Assembly (NCBI GenBank): GCA_963662615.2
Contig: CAXXSR010000001.1
Coordinates: 1,056,001-1,120,000 of the forward strand
DNA from: Dehalococcoidia bacterium
Lineage (GTDB): Bacteria; Chloroflexota; Dehalococcoidia; Bin125
Length of the DNA: 64,000 bases
Direction of reading: 5' to 3'
The notes beneath the pieces were generated by a model. It was given only the letters and a program-made list of their open reading frames with translations. It ran no database searches and was not told the DNA's origin. Positions 19,955 through 29,324 of this stretch are shown piece by piece. Positions within the stretch are counted from its first letter, which is position 1. Each line of letters starts with the position of its first letter. The translations under genes were made by a program, and so were the position numbers.

Positions 19955-20608
19955 TCAGCGGCGGCCGGCCGCCAGGTGCTCGGAGAGCAGCTTGCCCACC
20001 TGCGCCTCATCCAGGGCGCCCGCCCGCACGATGCGCGGCGTCGCCGCGGTGCAGTCGAGAATAGTCGACGCCGTGCCCTCTGGCGCCACACCCATGGGCG
20101 GGAGAATGGTGACCGCGTCGCCGAATGTCTCGTGCACGGCAATGGCGCTCACGGGCGCGGGCTCCCCGTGCCGGTTGGCGCTGCTTCCCGTGATCGGCTC
20201 CCCCACGGCGGCCAGCAGCGCCAGCGCCAGCGGATTCTGGGGAATGCGCACCGCCACGGTCTTGCCCGGCACGGCCAGGGATCGCCAGCTGGGATGGCGC
20301 GGCAGCACCAGCGTCAGGGGCCCCGGCCAGGCCGCGGCCGCCAGCGACCGCAGGGCAGCCGGTGTTTCTGCCGCCACGATGTCCAGCCAGGTCAGGTCGG
20401 GGAGGAAGATCGGCATGGGATCGCAGTCCGGGCGCCGCTTGAGGGCGAAGCAGTGCATCACCGCCGCCCCGTCGCTGGCCAGGACGCTGAGGGCGTACTG
20501 CGTCTCCGTGGGCACCGCCACCACGCCGCCGCTCATCAGCGCCTCGCGGCCCCGCTCAACGAACGTCGCGAACTCGCCGCGCTGCTCCACCGCACCTCTC
20601 CGCACCAT
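19955..20608 (-). CDS. tsaC: Threonylcarbamoyl-AMP synthase (Sua5/TsaC)
   Basis: VPTETQYAL, WPGPLT, AVRIP, SSANRHG, STILD. Confidence 0.92.
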   Translation of the reverse strand: MVRRGAVEQRGEFATFVERGREALMSGGVVAVPTETQYALSVLASDGAAVMHCFALKRRPDCDPMPIFLPDLTWLDIVAAETPAALRSLAAAAWPGPLTLVLPRHPSWRSLAVPGKTVAVRIPQNPLALALLAAVGEPITGSSANRHGEPAPVSAIAVHETFGDAVTILPPMGVAPEGTASTILDCTAATPRIVRAGALDEAQVGKLLSEHLAAGRR

Positions 20609-20713
20609 TGCCGACCTAGGCTAGGACAAGGCTAGGACAACTGTTCTTGACCTCGAGTATACACCTGCGCTACACCTGCGAGAGGGAGCACCTAACCCAC
20701 CGAAGGAGCGACG

Positions 20714-22408
20714 TTGCCGGAGCGTAGCCCATCCCCGTCTCCGCCTCGCATCCGCACCTCCGACGACCTTGAAGTCTCCTCCTACCTGGCCTCGGCCGGC
20801 GGAGGGCCGGGGGAGCCTGCCGCCGATCGTCCGGCGCTGCCGGACCGCCCCCCCGCCCAGCGCCCGCGCGAGACCATCGTCATCCTGGACTTCGGCTCAC
20901 AGACCAGCATGCTCATCGCGCGGCGTGTGCGCGACCTCCACGTCTACTGCGAACTGCTCCCGCACACCGCCACCTGGGAGCAGGTCCAGGCGCTCAACCC
21001 CAAGGGCTTCATCCTTTCGGGCGGCCCCGCCTCCGCAATCGATGAGGGCGCCCCGCAGGCGCCGGCGTTCATCTATCAGAGCGGCCTCCCGGTCCTGGGC
21101 ATCTGCTACGGCATGCAACTCATTGCCGCGCAACTGGGGGGCCGCGTCGCCGCGGCGCAGGAGCGGGAGTTCGGCCACGCCCTCCTCCACAACAGCCCGT
21201 CCGATGGCAACGGTTCCGCGCTCCTGGCGGGACTCCCGGAACCCATGGCCGTCTGGATGAGTCACGGCGACCGCATCGCGGAGCTTCCCCCCGGCTTCCG
21301 CACCCTGGGCTCCAGCGAGTCCATCCCCATTGCCGCAATGGGCAACGACGCCGGCATCTACGGCATCCAGTTTCATCCGGAAGTGGTCCACACCCCCCAC
21401 GGCGACCGCCTCCTGGCGAACTTCGTCCGCGACATCTGCGGCTGCGCCGCCGACTGGACGCCGGACAGCTTCATTGACATGGCCGTGGCGCAGATTCGCG
21501 CCACCGTGGGCGACAAGCGCGTCATCTGCGCTCTGAGCGGCGGCGTGGACTCCGCCGTCGCCGCCGCTCTGGTGCATCGCGCCGTGGGCGACCAGCTCAG
21601 CTGCATCTTTGTCGACAACGGCCTCCTCCGGCGCGAGGAGCCGGAGCGTGTGCTCCGCACCTTCCGCAAGCACCTCCGCATCGACCTCCGCCACGTCGAT
21701 GCCGGCGACCGCTTTCAACAGGGGCTCGCCGGCGTCACGGACCCCGAGAGCAAGCGCAAACGCGTCGGCGAAACGTTCATCGCCGTCTTCGAGCAGGTGG
21801 CTTCAGACCTGGGCGCGGTGGAGTTCATGGTCCAGGGCACCACCTACCCCGACGTCGTCGAGAGCGCCGGTGTGGGCGGCGTCACCGCGGCGATCAAATC
21901 CCACCACAACGTCGGCGGCCTCCCCGAGCACATGCAGTTCGCCCTCGTTGAGCCGCTGCGCTACCTGTTCAAGGACGAGGTGCGGCAAGTAGGTCTCCAG
22001 TTGGGCCTGCCGGACGAGATGATCTTTCGCCAGCCCTTCCCGGGACCCGGCCTGGCCATCCGCATCATCGGCGAGGTGACGCCGGCCAAGCTGGAGATTC
22101 TGCGTGCGGCCGACTGGGTGGTGATGGACGAGGTCAAGGCGGCCGGCCTCTACCGCGACCTCTGGCAGGCCTTCGCCATCCTCACCGACACCCGCTCCGT
22201 GGGCGTCCAGGGCGACGCCCGCACCTACGGCTACGTCGTCGCCGTGCGCGCGGTCAACGCCGCCGACGCCATGACGGCGGACTGGGCCCGCCTCCCCTAC
22301 GACGTCATGGCCCGCATCTCCAACCGCATCGTCAATGAGGTGCCGGAGGTGAACCGGGTGGTGCTGGACATCACCTCCAAGCCGCCCGGCACCATTGAAT
22401 GGGAATGA
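20714..22408 (+). CDS. guaA: GMP synthase
   Basis: [34 protein letters not shown]. Confidence 0.98.
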   Translation: MPERSPSPSPPRIRTSDDLEVSSYLASAGGGPGEPAADRPALPDRPPAQRPRETIVILDFGSQTSMLIARRVRDLHVYCELLPHTATWEQVQALNPKGFILSGGPASAIDEGAPQAPAFIYQSGLPVLGICYGMQLIAAQLGGRVAAAQEREFGHALLHNSPSDGNGSALLAGLPEPMAVWMSHGDRIAELPPGFRTLGSSESIPIAAMGNDAGIYGIQFHPEVVHTPHGDRLLANFVRDICGCAADWTPDSFIDMAVAQIRATVGDKRVICALSGGVDSAVAAALVHRAVGDQLSCIFVDNGLLRREEPERVLRTFRKHLRIDLRHVDAGDRFQQGLAGVTDPESKRKRVGETFIAVFEQVASDLGAVEFMVQGTTYPDVVESAGVGGVTAAIKSHHNVGGLPEHMQFALVEPLRYLFKDEVRQVGLQLGLPDEMIFRQPFPGPGLAIRIIGEVTPAKLEILRAADWVVMDEVKAAGLYRDLWQAFAILTDTRSVGVQGDARTYGYVVAVRAVNAADAMTADWARLPYDVMARISNRIVNEVPEVNRVVLDITSKPPGTIEWE

Positions 22409-22437
22409 CGCTGGTCAGCCTCGCGCGGGAACGAGCC

Positions 22438-22471
22438 CCGTTCACCCTGAGCCTGTCGAAGGGCGAACGGC
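22438..22471. repeat. REP-like palindrome
   Basis: CCGTTCACCCTGAGCCTGTCGAAGGGCGAACGG. Confidence 0.85.
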
Positions 22472-22495
22472 GAGATCAGCGGAGGTGAGACCCCC

Positions 22496-23047
22496 ATGAT
22501 CATCACCATCTGCGCCAGCATGACCCTGGCGGAGCGGATCCGCGCGGTCCAAGAGCAACTCCGCGCGCTCGGCCACACCGTCTACGTCCCTGTCGAGGTT
22601 GAGGAGTTCGACTACCAGGACGCCACCACGGAGGAGCGCGCCGACCTCAAGCGCACGCACGACCTGATCCGCGAGCACTGGCGCAAGATCCAGCGATCGG
22701 ACGCCATCCTCGTCCTCAACGAGGACGCCAAGGGCTTTCGCCACTACATCGGCGGCAACTCCTTCTTGGAGATGGGCTTCGCCCACATCCTCCATCTGCC
22801 CATCTACCTCATGCACGACGTCCCCGACATGCCCTATGCCAGCGAGATGGAGGCCATGGACGTCGCCATCATTCGCGGCGACCTCACGCGCATGCCCCTG
22901 ACCCCTCCCGCTCGCCCTGACCTGTCCTTCCCTCCTGGGAAGGAGCCTCTGGAAGGGCGGGAGCCTGCCCCTCCCGTTCGTCCTGAGCCTGTCGAAGGGG
23001 GAACGGACAGCGGAACCCGCAATGAGGCCGTGGAGCGCGCCCCGTGA
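22496..23047 (+). CDS. Nucleoside 2-deoxyribosyltransferase-like protein with REP-encoded tail
   Basis: ITICASM, KIQRSDAILVLN, YIGGNSFLEMGFA; GGAGGTGA SD; GTGA overlap with purD. Confidence 0.65.
   Translation: MIITICASMTLAERIRAVQEQLRALGHTVYVPVEVEEFDYQDATTEERADLKRTHDLIREHWRKIQRSDAILVLNEDAKGFRHYIGGNSFLEMGFAHILHLPIYLMHDVPDMPYASEMEAMDVAIIRGDLTRMPLTPPARPDLSFPPGKEPLEGREPAPPVRPEPVEGGTDSGTRNEAVERAP
22908..23006. repeat. Two REP-like palindromes inside the 3' end of the ORF
   Basis: CCCTGACCTGTCCTTCCCTCCTGGGAAGGAGCCT... and CCGTTCGTCCTGAGCCTGTCGAAGGGGGAACGG. Confidence 0.8.
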
Positions 23048-24306
23048 AAGTCCTCCTGGTCGGCAGCGGCGGCCGCGAGCACGCCCTCGCCTGGGCGCTG
23101 GCCCGCAGCCCCCGCCTCACCGACCTGCTCTGCGCCCCCGGCAATGCCGGCACCGCCGCCCTCGGCGCCAACCTGCCTATCGACGCCGCCGACATCGACG
23201 CCCTCGTCCATGTCGCAATCACACACCGCGTGGACCTGGTCGTCGTCGGGCCCGAGGGTCCGCTCGCCGCCGGCCTCGTCGATGCCCTCGCCGCCCGCGA
23301 CATCCCCGCCTTCGGGCCCACTCGCGCCGCCGCCGAGATCGAATCGTCGAAGCAGTTCGCCAAGCAGCTCATGCGGCAGGCCGGCCTGCCCCACGCCGCC
23401 GGCCGCGCCTACCGGGACGCCGCCTGCGCCCACGCCTACATTGACCACGCCTTCCGCGAGCCGCCCGTGATCAAGGCCGACGGGCTCGCGGCCGGCAAGG
23501 GCGTGATCGTCCCCGCCACCATGGCCGAGGCGCACGCCGCCGTCGACGACCTCCTCGCCGGCCGCTTCGGCGACGCCTCCCGCACCGTCGTGGTGGAGGA
23601 GCGGCTCGCGGGGCTTGAGGCCAGCGCCATGGCCTTCTGCGACGGCGAGACCGTCGCGCCCATGCCCCTCTCCTGCGACTACAAGCGCGCCCTCGACGAC
23701 GACCAAGGCTCCAACACCGGCGGCATGGGCGTCTACAGCCCGCCCGGCTTCATCTCCGCCCACAGATCCCAACGCCTCTTCGACAGGGTCCATGAGCCGG
23801 TGCTGCGCGCCTTGCGGGACGCGGGTCGCCCCTTCCGTGGCGTCCTCTACGCCGGGCTCATGGTCAACGAGGGCGAGCCTGCGGTGTTGGAATTCAACTG
23901 CCGCTTTGGTGACCCGGAGACGCAGGCTGTCCTGCCCTTGCTCCGCAGCGACCTCCTGGAGGTGCTCCGCGCCTGCGCCACCGGGACACTGGCGGACGTG
24001 CCCTTGGAATGGAGCGACGACGCCACCGTCGGCGTCGTGCTCGCCAGCGGCGGCTACCCCGGCGCCTACGAGACCGGCAAGCCCATCCACGGCCTCGACG
24101 CGATCGACGACGATGCGCTGCTCTTCCACGCCGGTACCCGCCTCGCCGACGACGGCGCGGTCCTCACCGCCGGCGGCCGCGTTCTCACGGTCGTTGCCCG
24201 CGCCCCGACCTTGGCCCAGGCGCGCGACCGCGCCTACGACAACGCCGCGCGTATCGAGTTCGAGGGGCGGACATATCGCAGCGACATCGCGCGGCGCGAG
24301 CTATGA
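23044..24306 (+). CDS. purD: Phosphoribosylamine-glycine ligase
   Basis: GSGGREHAL, KADGLAAGKGV, NTGGMG, EFNCRFGDPETQ. Confidence 0.98.
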   Translation: MKVLLVGSGGREHALAWALARSPRLTDLLCAPGNAGTAALGANLPIDAADIDALVHVAITHRVDLVVVGPEGPLAAGLVDALAARDIPAFGPTRAAAEIESSKQFAKQLMRQAGLPHAAGRAYRDAACAHAYIDHAFREPPVIKADGLAAGKGVIVPATMAEAHAAVDDLLAGRFGDASRTVVVEERLAGLEASAMAFCDGETVAPMPLSCDYKRALDDDQGSNTGGMGVYSPPGFISAHRSQRLFDRVHEPVLRALRDAGRPFRGVLYAGLMVNEGEPAVLEFNCRFGDPETQAVLPLLRSDLLEVLRACATGTLADVPLEWSDDATVGVVLASGGYPGAYETGKPIHGLDAIDDDALLFHAGTRLADDGAVLTAGGRVLTVVARAPTLAQARDRAYDNAARIEFEGRTYRSDIARREL

Positions 24307-24345
24307 CGGGCCCGTGCAGGGCCTGGGCGCCGCTTGCCGCCCACC

Positions 24346-24425
24346 CATGAGTCGTCGCCACTTCATGAGTCGCCACTTCATGAGTCGCCACTTCATGAGT
24401 CGCCACTTCATGAGTCGCCACTTCA
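24346..24425. repeat. 15-bp tandem repeat CATGAGTCGCCACTT (4 perfect + 1 variant)
   Basis: Directly visible; no spacers. Confidence 0.95.
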
Positions 24426-24497
24426 CAAGTCGATAGATCCACGCAAATGGAATACCTTTGTGCGGTTCACAGAGTCCGCAAGAAAGCGATGCGAAAA

Positions 24498-24833
24498 ATG
24501 GCCGAGCCAAGCCTTACCACCCGCGCCGACACCCGCGAGGTAGAGATGTGGTCGGGCGTCTCCCGGCGCACCCTCAACTACGGCGAGCACACCTCCATTC
24601 ACGAGATTCGCATGGCCCGGGGGAGCGTTGTGCCGCCGCACACGCATCCCCATGAACAGACCGGCTACCTCGTGTCGGGGCGGATGCTGATTGAGATGCC
24701 GGGGCTGCGCAAGGAGCTCGCGGCGGGCGACTCCTGGCTCATTCCCGGCGGCGTGGAGCATTCCGCGACGGCCCGGGAAGACGCGCTCTTCGTTGACGTC
24801 TTCTCGCCCGCGCGGGAGGAATACCGCGACTGA
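24498..24833 (+). CDS. Cupin-domain protein
   Basis: HTHPHEQTGY...GDSWLIPGGVEH...DVFSPAREEY. Confidence 0.9.
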   Translation: MAEPSLTTRADTREVEMWSGVSRRTLNYGEHTSIHEIRMARGSVVPPHTHPHEQTGYLVSGRMLIEMPGLRKELAAGDSWLIPGGVEHSATAREDALFVDVFSPAREEYRD

Positions 24834-24957
24834 TGCCCGGACGGCCAAACCGCCCACGACATCACCAACCCAGCGCCGCCCCGCGGTGGAACACCCGGCC
24901 CACTGGCCACCAGACCCAGGAGTGCATCTCAACACCATCAGCGGGCGCGCGAAGAAC

Positions 24958-26250
24958 ATGATCCCCCGATACTCCCGCCCCCAGATGGCCGCCCTCTGGT
25001 CCGACCAGGCCAAGTACGAACGCTGGCTCCAGGTGGAACTCGCCGTCATCCAAGCCTGGGCGGCCGAGGGCCGCATCCCCCCCGACGACGCCGACGCCAT
25101 CGTCGCGGGCGCCGCCTTCGACTTGGACGACATCGACCGCTACCAGGCCGAGACCCACCACGACGTCACGGCCTTCCTCCGCTCCCTCACCGATCGCCTT
25201 GGCCCCGAGGGCCGCTGGCTCCATTTGGGCCTAACCTCCTCCGACGTCTGGGACACCGCCACCGCCCTCCAGCTCCGCGACGCCGCCGCCCTCTTGGAAA
25301 CGGAGCTGCAGCGCCTGCACGATGTCCTCGTCGTCCAGGCCCGCGCGCACAAGGACACCTTGATGGCCGGGCGCACCCACGGGGTCCACGCCGAGCCCAC
25401 GACCTTCGGGCTCGTCCTCGCCGTTTGGGTCGACGAGGTCCGCCGCCACCAAACCCGCCTCGCCGCCGCGAAGGAGACCGTTGCCTACGGCAAGATCAGC
25501 GGCGCGGTTGGTACCCATGCCACGGTGCCCCCGTCGCTGGAGGAGCGCGTCTGCGATCGGCTGGGCCTCCAGGTCGCGCCTGTCTCCAACCAGATCCTCC
25601 AGCGCGACCGCCACGCCCACTTCGTCAACACACTCGCCCTGATCGGGGCATCGCTGGAGAAGTTCGCCGTCGAGATCCGCCACCTCCAGCTCACCGAAGT
25701 GCGTGAGGCGGAAGAGCCGTTCCTGCCCGGCCAGACCGGCTCCTCCGCCATGCCTCACAAGCGCAACCCGGAGAAGTGCGAACGGATCTGCGGCCTCGCC
25801 CGCCTGCTCCGCGGCTACGCCGCCACCGCCATGGAGAACGTCGCGCTTTGGCATGAGCGCGACATCAGCCACTCCAGCGCCGAGCGCATCGTCCTGCCCG
25901 ACTCCTGCATCCTCCTTGACTACATGCTGGACCTCTTCCGCTGGATCATGGAGAACCTGCGCGTCTACCCCAAACAGATGCGTGAGAATCTGGAGCGCTC
26001 CTGCGGGCTCGTCTACTCCCAGCGCGTGCTGCTGGCGATGGTGGAGCGCGGTGTGGAGCGAGAGCAGGCCTACCAGATCGTGCAGCGACACGCGCAGACG
26101 GCCTGGGACGAGCGCCGCTCCTTCCTGGACATCTTGCAGCACGACGAGCACGTCCTCGCGCTCATCCCTGACCAGGAGCTGCGGGAATGCTTCGACCCCG
26201 CCTTCTATCTCCGCCATGTGGACGCGACGTTTCAGCGATTGGGCATCTAG
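24958..26250 (+). CDS. purB: Adenylosuccinate lyase
   Basis: MIPRYSR, GRTHGVHAEP, GSSAMPHKRNP. Confidence 0.98.
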   Translation: MIPRYSRPQMAALWSDQAKYERWLQVELAVIQAWAAEGRIPPDDADAIVAGAAFDLDDIDRYQAETHHDVTAFLRSLTDRLGPEGRWLHLGLTSSDVWDTATALQLRDAAALLETELQRLHDVLVVQARAHKDTLMAGRTHGVHAEPTTFGLVLAVWVDEVRRHQTRLAAAKETVAYGKISGAVGTHATVPPSLEERVCDRLGLQVAPVSNQILQRDRHAHFVNTLALIGASLEKFAVEIRHLQLTEVREAEEPFLPGQTGSSAMPHKRNPEKCERICGLARLLRGYAATAMENVALWHERDISHSSAERIVLPDSCILLDYMLDLFRWIMENLRVYPKQMRENLERSCGLVYSQRVLLAMVERGVEREQAYQIVQRHAQTAWDERRSFLDILQHDEHVLALIPDQELRECFDPAFYLRHVDATFQRLGI

Positions 26251-26254
26251 CACA

Positions 26255-27199
26255 ATGAGCGCCACCGAAACCCGCGACGTGATGCTGACATCCGACCTCC
26301 CCCTGCCCAAGAAACAGGGCAAGGTCCGCGACATCTATGACCTTGGCTCCTCGGAATGGGGCGACCGCCTCCTCATCGTCGCCAGCGATCGTGTCTCCGC
26401 CTTCGACGTCGTCCTGCCCAACGGCATCCCCGACAAGGGCCGCGTCCTCACGCAAATGTCGGCCTTCTGGTTCGAGCGCACTCGCGAGGTGGTCCCGAAC
26501 CACATGATCCGTGTCATCGATTCCACCTCCAACCCCGATCTTCCCCTCTCCCTCCCGCCCCAATACATCGGCCGCTCCATGCTCGTGCGCAAAGCCGAGC
26601 CGGTCATGTTGGAGGCGATCGTGCGCGGCTACCTCTCAGGCAGCGGCTGGAAGGATTACCAGGCCGGCGGCCGCATCTGCGGCATCGCCTTGCCCCCCGG
26701 CTTGCGCGAGTCCGACGCCCTCCCCCAAGCCATCTTCACCCCCTCCACGAAGGCGGAGACCGGCCACGACGAGAACATCACCTACGAGGAGGCCGCCGCG
26801 CTCGTCGGGGAAGATCTCGCCAACGCCATCAAGGTCCGCGCCCTCGCCCTCTACACCTACGGCCTCGAGCGGGCCCTGCAGCGCGGCTTCCTCATCGCCG
26901 ATACCAAGTTCGAGTTCGGCCTGGTCGAAAACGACGAGGGCGAACGCGAGCCGATCCTGATCGACGAAGCGCTCACCCCGGATTCGTCGCGCTTTTGGGA
27001 CGTCGCCATCTACCAGCCTGACCGGCCTCAGCCCTCCTACGACAAGCAGCCCCTGCGCGACTGGCTGGAGGCGCGCGACTGGAACAAACAGCCCCCGGCC
27101 CCCGCGCTCCCCCCGGAGGTCGTGGCCGACCTCCGCGATCGCTACCTCCAGGCCTTCACCCGCATCACCGACCGCGACCTGCTCCGCCCGCCCGCCTAA
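26255..27199 (+). CDS. purC: SAICAR synthase
   Basis: GKVRDIY, SDRVSAFD, IADTKFEFG, TPDSSRFW. Confidence 0.97.
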   Translation: MSATETRDVMLTSDLPLPKKQGKVRDIYDLGSSEWGDRLLIVASDRVSAFDVVLPNGIPDKGRVLTQMSAFWFERTREVVPNHMIRVIDSTSNPDLPLSLPPQYIGRSMLVRKAEPVMLEAIVRGYLSGSGWKDYQAGGRICGIALPPGLRESDALPQAIFTPSTKAETGHDENITYEEAAALVGEDLANAIKVRALALYTYGLERALQRGFLIADTKFEFGLVENDEGEREPILIDEALTPDSSRFWDVAIYQPDRPQPSYDKQPLRDWLEARDWNKQPPAPALPPEVVADLRDRYLQAFTRITDRDLLRPPA

Positions 27200-27202
27200 C
27201 CC

Positions 27203-27312
27203 CCGCTCACCCTGACCTGTCCTTGCCGGCTGGGAAGGAGCTTGTCGAAGAGCCGAACCACGCCGCAGCGGTGCTATTCCGTTCGTCCTGAGCCTGTCGA
27301 AGGGCGAACGGC
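27203..27312. repeat. Two REP-like palindromes upstream of GIY-YIG gene
   Basis: CACCCTGACCTGTCCTT..GAAGGAGCTTGTCGAAG and CCGTTCGTCCTGAGCCTGTCGAAGGGCGAACGG. Confidence 0.85.
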
Positions 27313-27324
27313 CAAAGGCGAAAG

Positions 27325-27633
27325 ATGAGCTTCTTCGTTTACATCATCCGTTGCGCTGACGGGTCGTATTACACGGGCCACACCGACGACCTTGAGGCCC
27401 GCATCGCAGCACACCACGAGGGCGCCATCCCCGGATATACTCGCAGCCGTCGACCGGTCGCGTTTCAGTTTTCACAGGAGTTCGCGGCCAGGGAGGAAGC
27501 CCTCGCACGCGAGTCTCAAATCAAGCGCTGGACCCGTCGAAAGAAGGAGGCGCTCATTCGGGGCGACTGGGAGGGCCTCCAAGCGTTTTCGCCCGTTCGT
27601 GGTTCGACAAGCTCACCACGAACGGGAGGCTAA
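27325..27633 (+). CDS. GIY-YIG nuclease (UPF0213-like)
   Basis: FVYIIRCADGSYYTGHT...RIAAH...ALARESQIKRWTRRKKEAL. Confidence 0.92.
   Translation: MSFFVYIIRCADGSYYTGHTDDLEARIAAHHEGAIPGYTRSRRPVAFQFSQEFAAREEALARESQIKRWTRRKKEALIRGDWEGLQAFSPVRGSTSSPRTGG
27592..27626. repeat. REP-like palindrome in inverted orientation at the GIY-YIG 3' end
   Basis: CCCGTTCGTGGT-TCGACAAGCTC-ACCACGAACGGG. Confidence 0.85.
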
Positions 27634-27643
27634 AGGCTGCCAG

Positions 27644-27916
27644 ATGCACTTCAAAGCCGACATTTACGTCACCCTCAAGCGCACCGTCAACGACCCCGAG
27701 GGCCTGACCATCAAGGGCGCCCTCCACCAGCTCGACTTCGTCGATGTAGACGACGTCCGCGCCGGCAAATACATCGAACTCTGGCTCGACGCGCCCGACA
27801 AAGCGAGCGCCGAAGCGCGTATTGACGCCATGTGCGACAAGCTCCTCGCCAACCCCGTCATCGAGAGCTACCGCTACACCGTCACCGCCGCCGATCCAGC
27901 CGGGACCAAGAAGTGA
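27644..27916 (+). CDS. purS: FGAM synthase subunit PurS
   Basis: VNDPEG, VRAGKYIEL, CDKLLANPVIE. Confidence 0.95.
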   Translation: MHFKADIYVTLKRTVNDPEGLTIKGALHQLDFVDVDDVRAGKYIELWLDAPDKASAEARIDAMCDKLLANPVIESYRYTVTAADPAGTKK

Positions 27917-27920
27917 GTCT

Positions 27921-27966
27921 CCCCCTCTCCATCGCTCTGTGATGGAGAGGGGGCCAGGGGGTGAGG
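27921..27966. repeat. Second palindrome family, possible terminator between purS and hisB
   Basis: CCCCCTCTCCATC...GATGGAGAGGGGG-CCAGGGGGTGAG. Confidence 0.7.
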
Positions 27967-28596
27967 TCACGCCCTCAGCGTCCCCTTCGTGCTCGGCACC
28001 GCGTCCGCCTCCCCCTCGATGATCCGCACGGCGTCCCGCAGCGACCGCGCCAGCGCCTTGAACGCCGCCTCCAGGATGTGGTGGTCGTTCTCCCCGGCCA
28101 GTTGCCGCACGTGCAGCGCCAGGCGCGCCTCCTGCGCGAACGAATGAAGAAAATGCTTCGCCAGCGACGCCGGCAGCTCCCCGATCTTGTCGCCGTGGAA
28201 CTTCAGCCCGATCGCGGCGTAGGGGCGGCCGCTCAGATCCAGCGCCACCTGCACCAGCGACTCGTCCAGCGGCACCGTGCGGTCCCCCATCCGCGCGATG
28301 CCCGCCCGCTCGCCCAGCGCCTGGTCCAGCGCCTGGCCTAGCGCCAGCCCAATGTCCTCCACCGTGTGGTGCTGGTCGACGTGCAGATCGCCCGTCGCGC
28401 GCACCCGCAGGTCGAAGCCGCCGTGTCGGGCTAGCTGCTCCAGCATGTGGTCCAGCATGCCGATGCCCGTCTCGACCTGCGCCTGCCCGCTGCCCTCCAG
28501 CCGCAGCGCCACCTCGATCTCGGTCTCGCGCGTCTTCCGCTGAACCGTGCTCTCGCGCACTTCCCGCTCCGTTCCCGCGTTCGCGTCGGGTTCCAT
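27967..28596 (-). CDS. hisB: Imidazoleglycerol-phosphate dehydratase (start uncertain)
   Basis: RKTRET, DHML, DQHHTVED, NDHHILEA, PSTKG. Confidence 0.96.
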   Translation of the reverse strand: MEPDANAGTEREVRESTVQRKTRETEIEVALRLEGSGQAQVETGIGMLDHMLEQLARHGGFDLRVRATGDLHVDQHHTVEDIGLALGQALDQALGERAGIARMGDRTVPLDESLVQVALDLSGRPYAAIGLKFHGDKIGELPASLAKHFLHSFAQEARLALHVRQLAGENDHHILEAAFKALARSLRDAVRIIEGEADAVPSTKGTLRA

Positions 28597-28664
28597 CGTC
28601 GCAACCAATACCGCGTCGCGCCACCGCGCCATCCGCTAACCGCAGAGCCGCGGGACGGGTTAAT

Positions 28665-29285
28665 TCACTCCGAACCTGTGTCAGTTCTCTCCAGACCAAA
28701 CACGTCATTAAATGCATCAACCACTTCAAACGTGTAAGGAACCCTCGCTCGCCCGACAAAGGCTGTCACCCGGCCGCGCGGTCGCGTGACGAACACCCTC
28801 ACAAGTGCCCGCCCGGAAAGGTTTGTCATCGCGCTCGTGCCGATCCCTCCGTCATCGAAGAACCCACCGTCCACCGCGAAATGGACCTCTACATCCGCGG
28901 CTTTTTCCCCTCTCAACTCCACAATAAACGTCACCCACTCTCCCAAAGTGCTAACGCCGGGTAGGCGAGACAACGTGATGGTGGAAATCCCATCACCCGC
29001 CTCGCCGGTCAGACCACTAACCATCAGACACGGAGCATTGATGACTTGATCCAAAGAGAGCGGCTCGCCCTCTGGCCTTCTCGTAGATGCATCAGGAGGC
29101 TGTTCACCCTTCTCGTTCGCGCCAACGATTGAAATGTTGATAGTGCTGTCCTTGACGTTTCCGAATCCCAGTGTTTGGCTCTGCTTGCCGGACCTGAACG
29201 ACTGCTCGGCGATCGGGTGCTTCTGCAGCCGATCCCGAAGCCATCCAAACGCTTTCCAGGCGGGGCCGAGCATCAAAATTTCCAC
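28665..29285 (-). CDS. Hypothetical protein (possible Ig-like C-terminus)
   Basis: 206-aa ORF filling the hisC-hisB gap, AT-richer than flanks. Confidence 0.55.
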   Translation of the reverse strand: MEILMLGPAWKAFGWLRDRLQKHPIAEQSFRSGKQSQTLGFGNVKDSTINISIVGANEKGEQPPDASTRRPEGEPLSLDQVINAPCLMVSGLTGEAGDGISTITLSRLPGVSTLGEWVTFIVELRGEKAADVEVHFAVDGGFFDDGGIGTSAMTNLSGRALVRVFVTRPRGRVTAFVGRARVPYTFEVVDAFNDVFGLERTDTGSE

Positions 29286-29324
29286 CCTGCAACCCTTGTC
29301 TTCTCGCGATGCGTAGCAATTCGG

